A stretch of DNA of 64,000 bases from Candidatus Kapaibacterium sp. (GTDB lineage: Bacteria > Bacteroidota > Ignavibacteria > Kapaibacteriales > UBA2268). Of this stretch, positions 21,001 to 30,110 are shown one piece after another (the first letter of the stretch is position 1; the number at the start of each line of letters is the position of its first letter). The notes beneath the pieces were generated by a model. That model saw only the letters and a program-made list of their open reading frames with translations, was not told where the DNA came from and made no database searches. A program made the translations under genes and the position numbers. The stretch covers positions 1,824,001-1,888,000 of the forward strand of contig OY761611.1 in assembly GCA_963664875.1 (NCBI GenBank), in the 5' to 3' direction.

Positions 21001-24000
21001 ACAACACTCATACATTCGACTTTAACCTTCTTAAAACGGATAATGCTAGAGAATTTACTATAGCAACGTTGGTCGATGGTAATCAAATTCCGAGGGCTAC
21101 ACAAAATGTATCGCTTACAGGAAATATCAATAACACTCAAGCTGAAAACGATACTTATTCTACTCAGGTGCTTGTTTACGATGAATCAGATGCGGAATTG
21201 ACCTTAGGATTCACTTTTACAAAAACAGCTAATAATAGCGAATTTAATCTTGCTATCAATTTAGGGAATAATAATGTCAATTTGCAGCAGCTTTCTTTCG
21301 CAAGCGGTGTAGCAAATCCTTCGTCGATAACTTTAAGTGCTACTGATTTGAATAATGCAGGTGGTAATTTTAATACAACTATCCCTAAAGATCTTATCAT
21401 AAGTCTATCAGGCTTGACTTACACTGCAAACGCAAATGATGCAGCAGCAAGTACTATAACATACAGAACTTTAACATTCAACTCTGACGGCAGTGTAAAC
21501 TCTCCGGCTACACTTACTTTTAGTGCAGCTGACATGAATACAGCTGCAGGCAATCCGGTATTTACTTCTGATGTAAAACTTTGGATTGGTCCTGCGTCAA
21601 GTCAGGCAACCGGAGTTACATATCTACCGTCAGGCAATACATTTACTTTCGCTTCACAAGATGGCGGCACAGGTCAGTCTATTGTAGTCAATGATACACT
21701 TAATGCAGCATACTTTATTGGCGAACTACGTGAATTACGTATGTGGCAAGGTTCTCCGAATAACACTTCCACAACAGGAAACGAACCAACAGCACAGAGT
21801 TTGTTTGTTCAAGGTGCTCAGGCAGTTAGAGCTGCTTCACTTGCATCTTCCTATGTAAATAATCTAAATATGGCATTCTCCTTCGATGGAGGCTCCTTTA
21901 TACAAAATGGTTACAACAGAGCAATTGACGTTTCGACAACTGACTCTCAGATTCTTGTCAGAAACTTTGGTCAAAAGGTAGAATATGCAGCAACAGAACC
22001 TTATATCAAAGTTGTAGAACCTGCATTCAACGACCGTGTAGCTAATACAAAAGAAGATGTCAGAGTAAGATGGGTTGGCTTTGATTATCTACCTACGGGA
22101 TTCCCTACGGGTGATGCAGCACCTACAGCTCCTGCATTGGAATTTTCTATCCGCGGCGGCGGTGGTAAGCTTATTCAGCCATACCAATACGTAGGTAGCG
22201 ATTACTACACAGGCAACACCCAAGACGCAATGAGCTTCCCAAATACAAGCTCGTACATATTCAAAGGTACAGGTTCAGATATTTATTATGCTACTCAGCT
22301 AAATGCTTCAATTTCTGATCCGGACGAAGATAATAACGGAACATTTACAGACCAGGGGCCTTTGTCTGCATCGTTAACCAACGCAAGACTTAGACTTTCC
22401 GGCAGATATACTATCAATGGCGAAACTTCTTATATCAATGACGAAGGTCCGCTATTTACTATCACTCCTGCTTCAAACTTTACCATCAGGGTGCTTTTAG
22501 AAGGATACCATAACGGTTCGACAAGTGGCAATCAGATTCGCGAATTAGCTTCTTCATACGAAGCTGGCGGTCTGATGATAAAACTTTACACTGACAATAG
22601 TGGTGCTTTGGGAGAACTAATCGGAACTGCTGAATCTCTCGAAGGCTACGATGAGCTTGACCCTGCTAACAGAAACAATGGTAACAACCGATTTGCAAAT
22701 GTCAATTTTGTATTTACTGACTTAACAGATGGCAATTACTGGGTTGTAGTTTACCATAAAAATCACATGCCTATTATGTCTCGTTTCGCAGTTCCTTTCC
22801 AATACGAAGGAGATGACAGAACAACATGGGCTATCGAATCCGGTTGGGATTTCCATACATGGAACGGCACAAACAATAATGCTTTGGTCAATGCCTCCGG
22901 CGATGCATGGAGCTTAGGTGCATTTACTGCTTACGGTGATGTCATCTCTACAACAAGTAATCCACTATTTACTACTACAGGGCTAATCAACAATAACGGT
23001 GTTGGCGGTGGCAGCGAAAACGCAATGTCTGCTATGGTTGCAGGCGACGTAGATCGCTCAGGTCAGATAGACGCTGCTGACAGAATTAGAGTTAGATTAG
23101 ACGAAGGTACTTCTATAGTGGGATCTGACGTTACAGGCGATGGATTTGTCAATGCTGACGACAGAACAATAGTTGATAGAAACCACGGCCACATTGCTTC
23201 AATTTATAATGTCAATTTCCCTGACGGTGATTTCAAAGCTCCAATGGTAAGAAAATCGCCTCTCTCTGCGAAAGGCCCTTATGAAACAGAAGTAGCAGGC
23301 TACGAAGCACTTTCAAAAATTTACAACAAAACAGCTCAAAACTATAAAGCAGTTGAGAAATATATTAAAACTAATTCTGACCGCTTACTTGCAGGTTTGA
23401 ATTATAAAGTTTCTGCAACTCCTGATATTCATGATGGAGTGGTTGATCTTAATGTTTATATCGAAAATATCGGTGATGACTTTGCACTCGCTAATTGTAC
23501 TTTCGCTTTCGAATACAACGAAGCAGATATGAAATATGCTTCTTTAGTTGGTACAGGCGATGTAATTTTCAACAATAACCCTTCTATCGGTTATGTAGAA
23601 ATGAGTAGTGCACCAGATGCAGATGTGATAAATCCTTTGGAAAGTGTTAGAACTATCGAAGTGGATTATATCACAACTTCAGGATTGCCGGGCGAAATAG
23701 TTCCTCGTCAAAAAACATATTTAGGTACATTGCGTTTCAAACTTACCAATCCGGTTGGCAGAGTATTCTTCAAATGGCATACTTCAACTTCGCTGCATTC
23801 TGTTGATGGCAAGATTGTGACCAAATACGGAAAGTTCGAAACAATTACCCCAATCATTCTTTTCAACGCTTCGCTTACAGCTCCTAATGGCGGTGAGCAG
23901 CTTAGCCAAGATAGACCTTACGATATAACTTGGAGCTCTAACGGTACTTCAGGTGCATATTTAGAATTCTCTTATGACGGCGGTGTCGAATGGGAACGAA

Positions 24001-24998
24001 TAAATGACGAACCTATATTACTCAGCGACAAATCATACACATGGACTACTCCTGTTATTCATTCACGCTATTGCTTAATTAGAATGATTGACGCTGACAC
24101 TGACGAAGAACTTGACAGAAGTGACGCCTTATTCTCTATCTTGCCTAATCATGCTCAATTGATTAAACCGGCTTCCGGAGACCCTGTCTATACAGGCGGT
24201 TCCACAAGCCAGATTAAATGGGTAGCAAGAGGCTACGATAAACTAAGATTTGAGCTCACAACTGACGGCGAAAAAACTTGGACAGTAGTAAGCGATAACG
24301 TAAACGGAGCACTTGAAACTATTTCATGGAAGCTACCTAAAGTTACTACTAAACTTGCCAAAATGAAAATGTATGATGCTGTAACAAATGAAATGCTTGG
24401 CGAAAGCGGATTTTTCAAAATACTTGACGGTTCTCTTACTTTCCTTACTCCTCGTGCGAATGAAAAGCTAAGAGTAGATATGATTAGCCGTATCCGTTGG
24501 ACTTCCTCAAATATTCAGGTATTTGATTTAGAACTCAGCACAGATGGAGGTGCTAACTGGCAAACATTAGTGCCTAATCAGAATGCAGTGCAATCATTTA
24601 TCAACTGGACTGTACCTGACTATCCAACAGACAATGCTATACTTAGAGCAATCTATCAAGGCGATCCGGAAATGGAATATAACAGAACCGATCAGTTCGC
24701 AATTATTCCAAAAACAAGCATAGTAGAGCTTCCATCAGGCTCAGCTATAAAAGGAATATATCCAAATCCTGCTCGTAACGAAATAAATATTGAATTTGAT
24801 CTCAGCCAAGCTGTTACCACAACTCTTAAAGTTGTTGACATAAATGGTAAAGAGATTATGGATTTAGGAACAAGAGCTCTTAACTCAGGTATGAATAAAC
24901 TCAATCTCGACATAGAGCAGCTTAGTTCTGGCACTTACTTCTTAGAATTGAAAGGTGATAATTTCTATGTAGTCAAGGACTTCAACGTAGTCAAATAA
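18069..24998 (+). CDS. Giant T9SS-secreted modular surface protein (cohesin-like, 2x LamG, FlgE D2-like inserts, dockerin-like, Ig-like repeats, CTD)
   Basis: Signal peptide; LTVETWIN...WVHLAAT...LYVNG (LamG); GDVDRSGQIDAAD / DVTGDGFVNADD Ca-loop pair; LTAPNGGE-type repeats; IYPNPA...GTYFL...K CTD; RBS GGAGG. Confidence 0.85.
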   Translation: MSYSSTRQAGRIFLASLFFLLFAGLELSAQYYEFSLLQRRRFDQIDVEVWAKALQQGAPALGNSSLVLEYNTAFLSPAATQNLSSTDSITFNVNQSNPIATVSSSFSQSANGYNPLSSRSYGMGYYALELNLAALGQGGVSPSSSGKGSFLGKLTFDISGSPTESSLTNIAWSSNVLPGEIQVFDKDSNSIKSNITFSNPGDYNVLGVTILSPNKYGQVVDRDADYAALSGEYTSGGYPIYFERSINPSQYTAPIDEDLAYMFQYSLNNGSTWTEIGRVAETDQPSTTVGINASYTAGEIFNPNTGTSFTITTQKGEKIDNSNYRQPLRVVWAKNPFFVERSEQARLKIIKLSGAVSTPLSNRNQDVYNDVNDQKFVLGRLFFLQLDGNSQYLVTNDNFSNSTQLTVETWINLNEYQTSGTEPGIVVSSGGANAAPIHGSNEGAWMLYLKDGRIPAFRAREIEGRGDNGYIGTVQAYYLDSLLAASDAEPLDNTHANNWVHLAATVNNNTLRLYVNGELADQVVNNNATNIRMLTTNHPVWIGVNPNGGIEANDYLHAGIKSVRVWRIALTQDEIRERVSGILNPEDVSTYGDVRRGLQMYFTFEGEHADQATETTYQGGAESPDFYTQGTVDNFGMTYRPDQPHITLTSPVAGAGVSNRAGSTFGIRWVAYGLGDLTATGTNDVEIEYSLDGTNWYYAEDASGAQIGGINAPDVEPGSAIWEPYENENSAANLRTINPYSRSVYLRARGTAANTQDNLMDVVGPFTVAPYFAIKKEEGAILLLEDNAGMNITGDKVFMEAWIRPYRFPTEAEEFFPIITKADSTADMLHYSFDLRYDGRLQLKLSTEDGKVRTAISDASFALERPNSVSADSVWSHVAVYANINGGSGQSEVIFYVDGIAQRADSITTQLGTDLTLNSLNSYPTYIGYSPYMNVTNDGQSVINAKQTENIVLSGNINSGTPANTERNFTGTIYDKDYNTHTFDFNLLKTDNAREFTIATLVDGNQIPRATQNVSLTGNINNTQAENDTYSTQVLVYDESDAELTLGFTFTKTANNSEFNLAINLGNNNVNLQQLSFASGVANPSSITLSATDLNNAGGNFNTTIPKDLIISLSGLTYTANANDAAASTITYRTLTFNSDGSVNSPATLTFSAADMNTAAGNPVFTSDVKLWIGPASSQATGVTYLPSGNTFTFASQDGGTGQSIVVNDTLNAAYFIGELRELRMWQGSPNNTSTTGNEPTAQSLFVQGAQAVRAASLASSYVNNLNMAFSFDGGSFIQNGYNRAIDVSTTDSQILVRNFGQKVEYAATEPYIKVVEPAFNDRVANTKEDVRVRWVGFDYLPTGFPTGDAAPTAPALEFSIRGGGGKLIQPYQYVGSDYYTGNTQDAMSFPNTSSYIFKGTGSDIYYATQLNASISDPDEDNNGTFTDQGPLSASLTNARLRLSGRYTINGETSYINDEGPLFTITPASNFTIRVLLEGYHNGSTSGNQIRELASSYEAGGLMIKLYTDNSGALGELIGTAESLEGYDELDPANRNNGNNRFANVNFVFTDLTDGNYWVVVYHKNHMPIMSRFAVPFQYEGDDRTTWAIESGWDFHTWNGTNNNALVNASGDAWSLGAFTAYGDVISTTSNPLFTTTGLINNNGVGGGSENAMSAMVAGDVDRSGQIDAADRIRVRLDEGTSIVGSDVTGDGFVNADDRTIVDRNHGHIASIYNVNFPDGDFKAPMVRKSPLSAKGPYETEVAGYEALSKIYNKTAQNYKAVEKYIKTNSDRLLAGLNYKVSATPDIHDGVVDLNVYIENIGDDFALANCTFAFEYNEADMKYASLVGTGDVIFNNNPSIGYVEMSSAPDADVINPLESVRTIEVDYITTSGLPGEIVPRQKTYLGTLRFKLTNPVGRVFFKWHTSTSLHSVDGKIVTKYGKFETITPIILFNASLTAPNGGEQLSQDRPYDITWSSNGTSGAYLEFSYDGGVEWERINDEPILLSDKSYTWTTPVIHSRYCLIRMIDADTDEELDRSDALFSILPNHAQLIKPASGDPVYTGGSTSQIKWVARGYDKLRFELTTDGEKTWTVVSDNVNGALETISWKLPKVTTKLAKMKMYDAVTNEMLGESGFFKILDGSLTFLTPRANEKLRVDMISRIRWTSSNIQVFDLELSTDGGANWQTLVPNQNAVQSFINWTVPDYPTDNAILRAIYQGDPEMEYNRTDQFAIIPKTSIVELPSGSAIKGIYPNPARNEINIEFDLSQAVTTTLKVVDINGKEIMDLGTRALNSGMNKLNLDIEQLSSGTYFLELKGDNFYVVKDFNVVK

Positions 24999-25028
24999 GC
25001 AAACTATCACAAAGATTCTAAACTATGT

Positions 25029-25069
25029 AAAACAGACAGTTCCAAAAAACGGGACTGTCTGTTTTATTT
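25029..25069 (+). terminator. Intrinsic (bidirectional) terminator
   Basis: AAAACAGACAGTTCC-AAAAAAC-GGGACTGTCTGTTTT. Confidence 0.8.
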
Positions 25070-25298
25070 GTGGGGATGTTGCTTCTTCGATTTTCACATC
25101 CTTTTGTTTCAACTCTTTTTGAGACGGGGCAAAAGAATTAAGTGTGATACTATTGATATCAGTTACATTTTAAATATTTACGCTTCATAATAATCGATTT
25201 ACAAGTAGAATATTTAACACTCAATAGGAGATAAACTGCCGTAATGCTGCATCTGGAATTCTACATTATCGGGACTCGTACCAGATAAAAAAATTCAA

Positions 25299-25880
25299 CT
25301 ATTCAGATTTTAAATGGATTGTCGGTTTTTCAAGTTCAATCATTTCTTTTAAATACTTTAATCGATTTTCTTTCAAATCTTGGAAAAAAGGAATAATATC
25401 GTCTCTATATGCTCTCTTTGAGTAAGCAAAAACTGCAACAGCATGTTCATCATTGACTTCAACTTCTCTGTAATGATAAATGTTAAATTCCACTACAGTC
25501 ATTAAGCTGTCTTCTTTCTCACCTAATGTAAAATCCAATATGATTTCTTTCTTGTCAGGACTATGCCGAACTTGATAATGGCATGTCCCGTCATAAGTTT
25601 TTCGAGCTTCAAGTTCTTTTATCTTACTTCCTACAGTTTCCATTACAGACTTGTCAGCCAAAAATAGATTTATATGCATCATCTGGTTAAAATGATCTAA
25701 AGTTTCACCTTTGGGCAAATATTCCTGAACATAGGAATGTAGATGAGGTTGAGCGGACCAAGCTAAGTAGTATTCTGTTTTGTTAAACATAAGAGGAGTG
25801 TCAAGATGCATGTAATCAACAACTATAGTGTCTGAGAAAGATAACAATAGAGATGCAAGGGCTATAAATAATATTTTCAT
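25299..25880 (-). CDS. Conserved-looking exported hypothetical protein
   Basis: Signal peptide; YYLAWS...YVQEYLPKGE...EFNIYHY pattern of an uncharacterised family. Confidence 0.7.
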   Translation of the reverse strand: MKILFIALASLLLSFSDTIVVDYMHLDTPLMFNKTEYYLAWSAQPHLHSYVQEYLPKGETLDHFNQMMHINLFLADKSVMETVGSKIKELEARKTYDGTCHYQVRHSPDKKEIILDFTLGEKEDSLMTVVEFNIYHYREVEVNDEHAVAVFAYSKRAYRDDIIPFFQDLKENRLKYLKEMIELEKPTIHLKSE

Positions 25881-26183
25881 GTGAATAGGTCAAAAGTTCT
25901 AAAAAAACTATCATAATTTAATCAAAACCAAAAGGATTACCAAAGAAAAACGCTTTAATAGATAATATTTCTCCACTATCTTTTTCATCTGCTCTAACAC
26001 AACATAAGCAAGCAAATACCCTTTAAATCCTCTATATTATATAGAGAGTTATCTAAATTATGACTATTTTAAAATGTTAAATGCAATACTACCATTAAGC
26101 AATATTTATCTTTTATTTGCTATGTGGTTAATTATTACTATATTGTTCTGTGTTGTATGGCTTATACTATAGAGAGGTCCACC

Positions 26184-27335
26184 ATGAAAAGTTTAAAATC
26201 ATTGCTTTTCCTATTCCTAATGTTTTCTTTGGTTTCCTGCGAAGAGGAAGACAGTATTACTAATCCTGATGGCTCCGGTAGTTCGGGTACTACTTTTATT
26301 GTAATTCAAAATATTGGAAATGAAAGTGCTAAGGAATATGCTATTTCAAAAATGTCGTTTTCAGGTGAAACGGCTAAGCTTGAAACACTAATTAGCTTGA
26401 AAATGTCAGCTTATCCTTATGATTTTATCAAGGATGTACGAATCGACGGCGACAAGCTTTATATCTATAGCTTACTCCCGGATTACAAGTCCAAGTTGGT
26501 TGCTTTTGATATCAATACTAAGCAGGTAGATACCTTGCCTTGGGCTAAAACTAATAATGATAATACTTGGTCTGCTTACAGCAGAAGTTTTGATGTTAAA
26601 AACTCTTATGTTCACTACATTATGACTGAAACCAGCACACATTATAATGACTGGCCGGGCTCTTATTTATGTCGCTATAATATATCTACAGGTGATTTTA
26701 CTCAGATGTCTAATCCAATTGATTTTACTTTAGCTCAACCTGAGAAGGGATGGGACACAGAAACCGGCAACTGGTCAAGCGTTCATGCGACCGGCGACGG
26801 TAAGGGCTGTGTGGGTAGTATCATGGCATGGGGGGTTGACGGAGGTTCAAACCACTATGACTATAATTTTCTTTATAGATACAATCCTGATAATACAAGT
26901 GACAGACTTACTCGCATAGGCTCTGAAACAATGAAAGTTTACGGAGCTACAAACGGTGCAAAATACCTATATCAATACAATCAGCTAATGAATACTGAAA
27001 CGGATACCTACTTCGAACTTTCAACAATATCAAGTATAGGAGCGGATTACACAGGCTACCATAACACAAACGGCGTGCTAAGACTCAGTAACTACTACGG
27101 TAAAAATATCTATATTTATTATCAAGACCTTGAAAATGATGTAGAGACACTTGTTGTAGAAACAAATCCTGAAATCCAGTTTGCACAAATGGATAAATCA
27201 GGTAGCTTCATCTGGTTCGGTATAGAAGGCAACGAAGAAAATATTCTATGCAAAACACAAGACCTCTCCGAAGGCTCAGTAGTAGATACAGTTGCAAAAT
27301 ATCCTAAATCAGTTTACGCTGCTATTCTCAAATAA
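26184..27335 (+). CDS. Hypothetical lipoprotein, probable beta-propeller
   Basis: RBS GAGG, ATG 26184; lipobox LVSC followed by acidic EEED export signal. Confidence 0.75.
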   Translation: MKSLKSLLFLFLMFSLVSCEEEDSITNPDGSGSSGTTFIVIQNIGNESAKEYAISKMSFSGETAKLETLISLKMSAYPYDFIKDVRIDGDKLYIYSLLPDYKSKLVAFDINTKQVDTLPWAKTNNDNTWSAYSRSFDVKNSYVHYIMTETSTHYNDWPGSYLCRYNISTGDFTQMSNPIDFTLAQPEKGWDTETGNWSSVHATGDGKGCVGSIMAWGVDGGSNHYDYNFLYRYNPDNTSDRLTRIGSETMKVYGATNGAKYLYQYNQLMNTETDTYFELSTISSIGADYTGYHNTNGVLRLSNYYGKNIYIYYQDLENDVETLVVETNPEIQFAQMDKSGSFIWFGIEGNEENILCKTQDLSEGSVVDTVAKYPKSVYAAILK

Positions 27336-27356
27336 TCTTGCACTTAAGTAAATGTT

Positions 27357-27397
27357 AAAAGCTATCCTCAGAGATTATTTGAGGGTAGCTTTTTCTT
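27357..27397 (+). terminator. Intrinsic terminator
   Basis: AAAAGCTATCCTCA...TGAGGGTAGCTTTTT. Confidence 0.75.
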
Positions 27398-27492
27398 TGC
27401 GATTTGCAGTCTATTTATAATCAGAAGAGGCTTTATGAATAGACTATTTTGTATATTGCTACACTTCAATTATAACAACTTTAATCCAACAT

Positions 27493-28051
27493 ATGAAAAT
27501 TTTGAGCTATATTATACTATCAGGACTAATAGTTCTGTTGTATTTTTTTATTGTGGATTTTTTTTTACCACACGCTGGTGTCAATTTTAATTCTCTAGAA
27601 GTTGAAGTAGAAGCTCCTTTAGATAAGAACAAGTTAGTAATAGAAAAGGGTGTTTTTACTATAAACCGAGACTCTGACTTAGAACTGTTCTTAGGAAAGC
27701 ATAGTTTGGGATATGAACATAAGCAAATGATTTTCCAAGGTAAAAAATTAAATAGGTTAGAGACAGATTATGGAGAGAATGATTTTCTTTTTTGTTTATA
27801 ATGATTCTTGTTATTATCAATTTCGACATTTTAAGACACATTGCAATCAAGTAGATTCATATTTCTTTAAAGTTTTTGTAAAAGAAAAGAAAATTTATCT
27901 GAATGCTGAGATTGATGGCACTGACCCTATGATATTTGAGCGACCATTCAATCTAATAAGTAACGCAGAAATTTTACGCTGTAATTCGCCAATAAATGAT
28001 GATGCATATATGTATAATATGCTTGAATTAGTTGAGCCCAAGAAGAAGTAA
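27493..28051 (+). pseudogene. Frameshifted membrane-anchored hypothetical protein (two ORF pieces)
   Basis: ORFs 27493..27801 and 27770..28051 join (YGENDFLF-VYNDSCYYQFRHFK) if one T is removed from the T6 run at 27788-27793. Confidence 0.65.
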
Positions 28052-28115
28052 ATAATCAAAATTGCAAATACATTAGTTGAGCAAAGCGTTAGTATATTGT
28101 TAGTTGCAAGCAAGC

Positions 28116-28152
28116 AAAAGCCTTGTAGAACATGATTTTACAAGGCTTTTTT
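28116..28152. terminator. Inverted repeat / bidirectional terminator
   Basis: AAAAGCCTTGTA...TACAAGGCTTTT. Confidence 0.6.
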
Positions 28153-28460
28153 GCAATTAGCGCTCCTCCCGGGGGGAACTAGGAGGAGCTAATCCCGGCG
28201 TTTCCGCCAAAATAGCATGGTGGGCATGCTAAGTGTTAGACACATCTTTTATATCTTTAAAGAGCGGTGGAGCTGTATTTCTTGGGGGGAAACGATTGAT
28301 TTTGCCCCACAGCTCTTGTTAGATACTAATGGTATTTATATAGACTATGCTTTGTGAGCGGCAATCATTGCGTCTCTACAAATAGGAATCCGGGGGGAGA
28401 TTCCATTTTGCACCAAAGCTTTTCTAAATTGTTACAGAACTAATGGTATTTATATAGACA

Positions 28461-29000
28461 CTAATTATTCAGAGAGATACCGCGAGGGTTGTGGTAAATT
28501 GAATTTGCCACTACGCCCCATATTTCAAATTTATCGTCACTTTTCACTTTCAAAGTAGGATATTTATCATTTTCAGGTTTTAGGAAGATGCCTTCTTCTG
28601 TTTTTTGAAAAGTTTTTAGTACTAATTCGTTATTGATTTTTGCGACTACTATATCGTTATTTTTTGCTTGCTTATTTCTATCTACAAAAACAAATCCACC
28701 GTTTTTGATGCCCGCACCAATCATAGAATCGCCCGACACTCTCATCATGAAATAGTTGGCATTTTTATCCACTATCATTGCATTTAAGTTGCCTGTTCTC
28801 GATTCGAGGTTTGTCGCTTCTCCGGTGAAAGTAATGTAGTTTTGCTTGCAAACCGATTTATTAAAATATTTCGAAGCTATAGATACCTTATCACTAATCG
28901 TGCCTATTTTTTGTTTTTCCGGCACTTCTTGATTTGTTACAGCGTTGTAATTAGTCTTGTGAAATCTCTTATTAAGTTTAGTACTGATATTCATAGTCAT
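28461..29000 (-). CDS. UmuD/LexA-like S24 peptidase-domain protein
   Basis: MRVSGDSMIGAGI (Ser), VDR...NDIVVA, LVLKT (Lys), LKPENDKYP, IWGVV. Confidence 0.85.
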   Translation of the reverse strand: MTMNISTKLNKRFHKTNYNAVTNQEVPEKQKIGTISDKVSIASKYFNKSVCKQNYITFTGEATNLESRTGNLNAMIVDKNANYFMMRVSGDSMIGAGIKNGGFVFVDRNKQAKNNDIVVAKINNELVLKTFQKTEEGIFLKPENDKYPTLKVKSDDKFEIWGVVANSIYHNPRGISLNN

Positions 29001-29226
29001 TCCCTTTACAAAATCTCTTTATGCTTGTACCAATATACTATCATTTACCGTGCCATTTTTACACATACGCTAATAGTCTTACATTTCAGAGATTTACCTT
29101 AAGCTGAATCTATTTCCTGTCAGGAAGTATTTAAATTGTCGCATTGTTAAGTATTTTGTATCAGTATAGTTTGTTGTTCTGATGTGCTTGCGGTGTTGTG
29201 GTTAGATATATCGTTTAGAGCTTTGC

Positions 29227-30099
29227 TTATAAACTACTCTGTAAAGCAGTCTCCAAAACTTTCTTTATTCGCAAATAGTCTTCTTTATTTACCAGGTTTG
29301 TCATCAGAGACAATTCTAAAGTAGCAAGTGAGGAGTAACAATAAATTCGTATAAGCTGTGGGTCTTCTAACGCTATTATATGCTGACTTACTGCAGCTGC
29401 ATCTGCTCTGGCGATAGGCCCGGTCAGTGGTATGTGGCTATCAGCAAATGCCGTTATATTATTCTCTAATGTTTTGCGAGTGATAGGAGCTATAAACTCT
29501 GTTGGAGGTATCCCGGCTTTCTCGGCTATAAGTTTGCCGGACTGCAGCGAAGTAGTCATATTGTTAGAACTCATGACAGCAGAGCAATGATAAAGTGCCT
29601 TTTGCATCGCATCATCCAATCTAAGTCTGCAATGCCCACCTCCGAGTACTTCGACAAATCTAACACATTCAGCATAGATTACATCTGAACATTCGACTCC
29701 CCATTGCACATCTTTTAAGTTAGATTTATCAGCATAAGCAAAAGTCTGAAACGGATGAATTGCAGCTACACCTCGGCTAAGCTGCGACAAAGCCGAAAGA
29801 GAATTAGCAGATTTTACACCTGATGAATGTGCAAATATAGATTGTGTTGCAAATGGATAATTTAAAGCTAAATCTTCTGCCAAAGTTGCCAATGCAGTGT
29901 CAGCTATTGCAATATATATGAATTGGGTTTCCGGAAGATCGCAAAGGCTGCTAAAAGCTAAGCCATTATATTTGGAGGGTATATTTTCGATATCTATATC
30001 AAATATAAAAGCGAGCTTCCCCTCATCGAAGAGAAGCTCAGCTATACTAAGTCCTACTTTTCCTGCACCTATGATTCCATATTTCAAGGTTTCAGTCAT
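29227..30099 (-). CDS. Rossmann-fold / DUF2520 domain oxidoreductase
   Basis: IIGAGKVG, HSSG, HPFQTF, YH..AV..SN, LTGPIARAD. Confidence 0.85.
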   Translation of the reverse strand: MTETLKYGIIGAGKVGLSIAELLFDEGKLAFIFDIDIENIPSKYNGLAFSSLCDLPETQFIYIAIADTALATLAEDLALNYPFATQSIFAHSSGVKSANSLSALSQLSRGVAAIHPFQTFAYADKSNLKDVQWGVECSDVIYAECVRFVEVLGGGHCRLRLDDAMQKALYHCSAVMSSNNMTTSLQSGKLIAEKAGIPPTEFIAPITRKTLENNITAFADSHIPLTGPIARADAAAVSQHIIALEDPQLIRIYCYSSLATLELSLMTNLVNKEDYLRIKKVLETALQSSL

Positions 30100-30110
30100 G
30101 TAGTTACATT

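Noticed and set aside
28155-28235. tRNA gene or att site (GCTCCTCC resembles a tRNA end)
   Set aside because: No T-loop TTCGA or cloverleaf; it is a simple hairpin, and no integrase is nearby.
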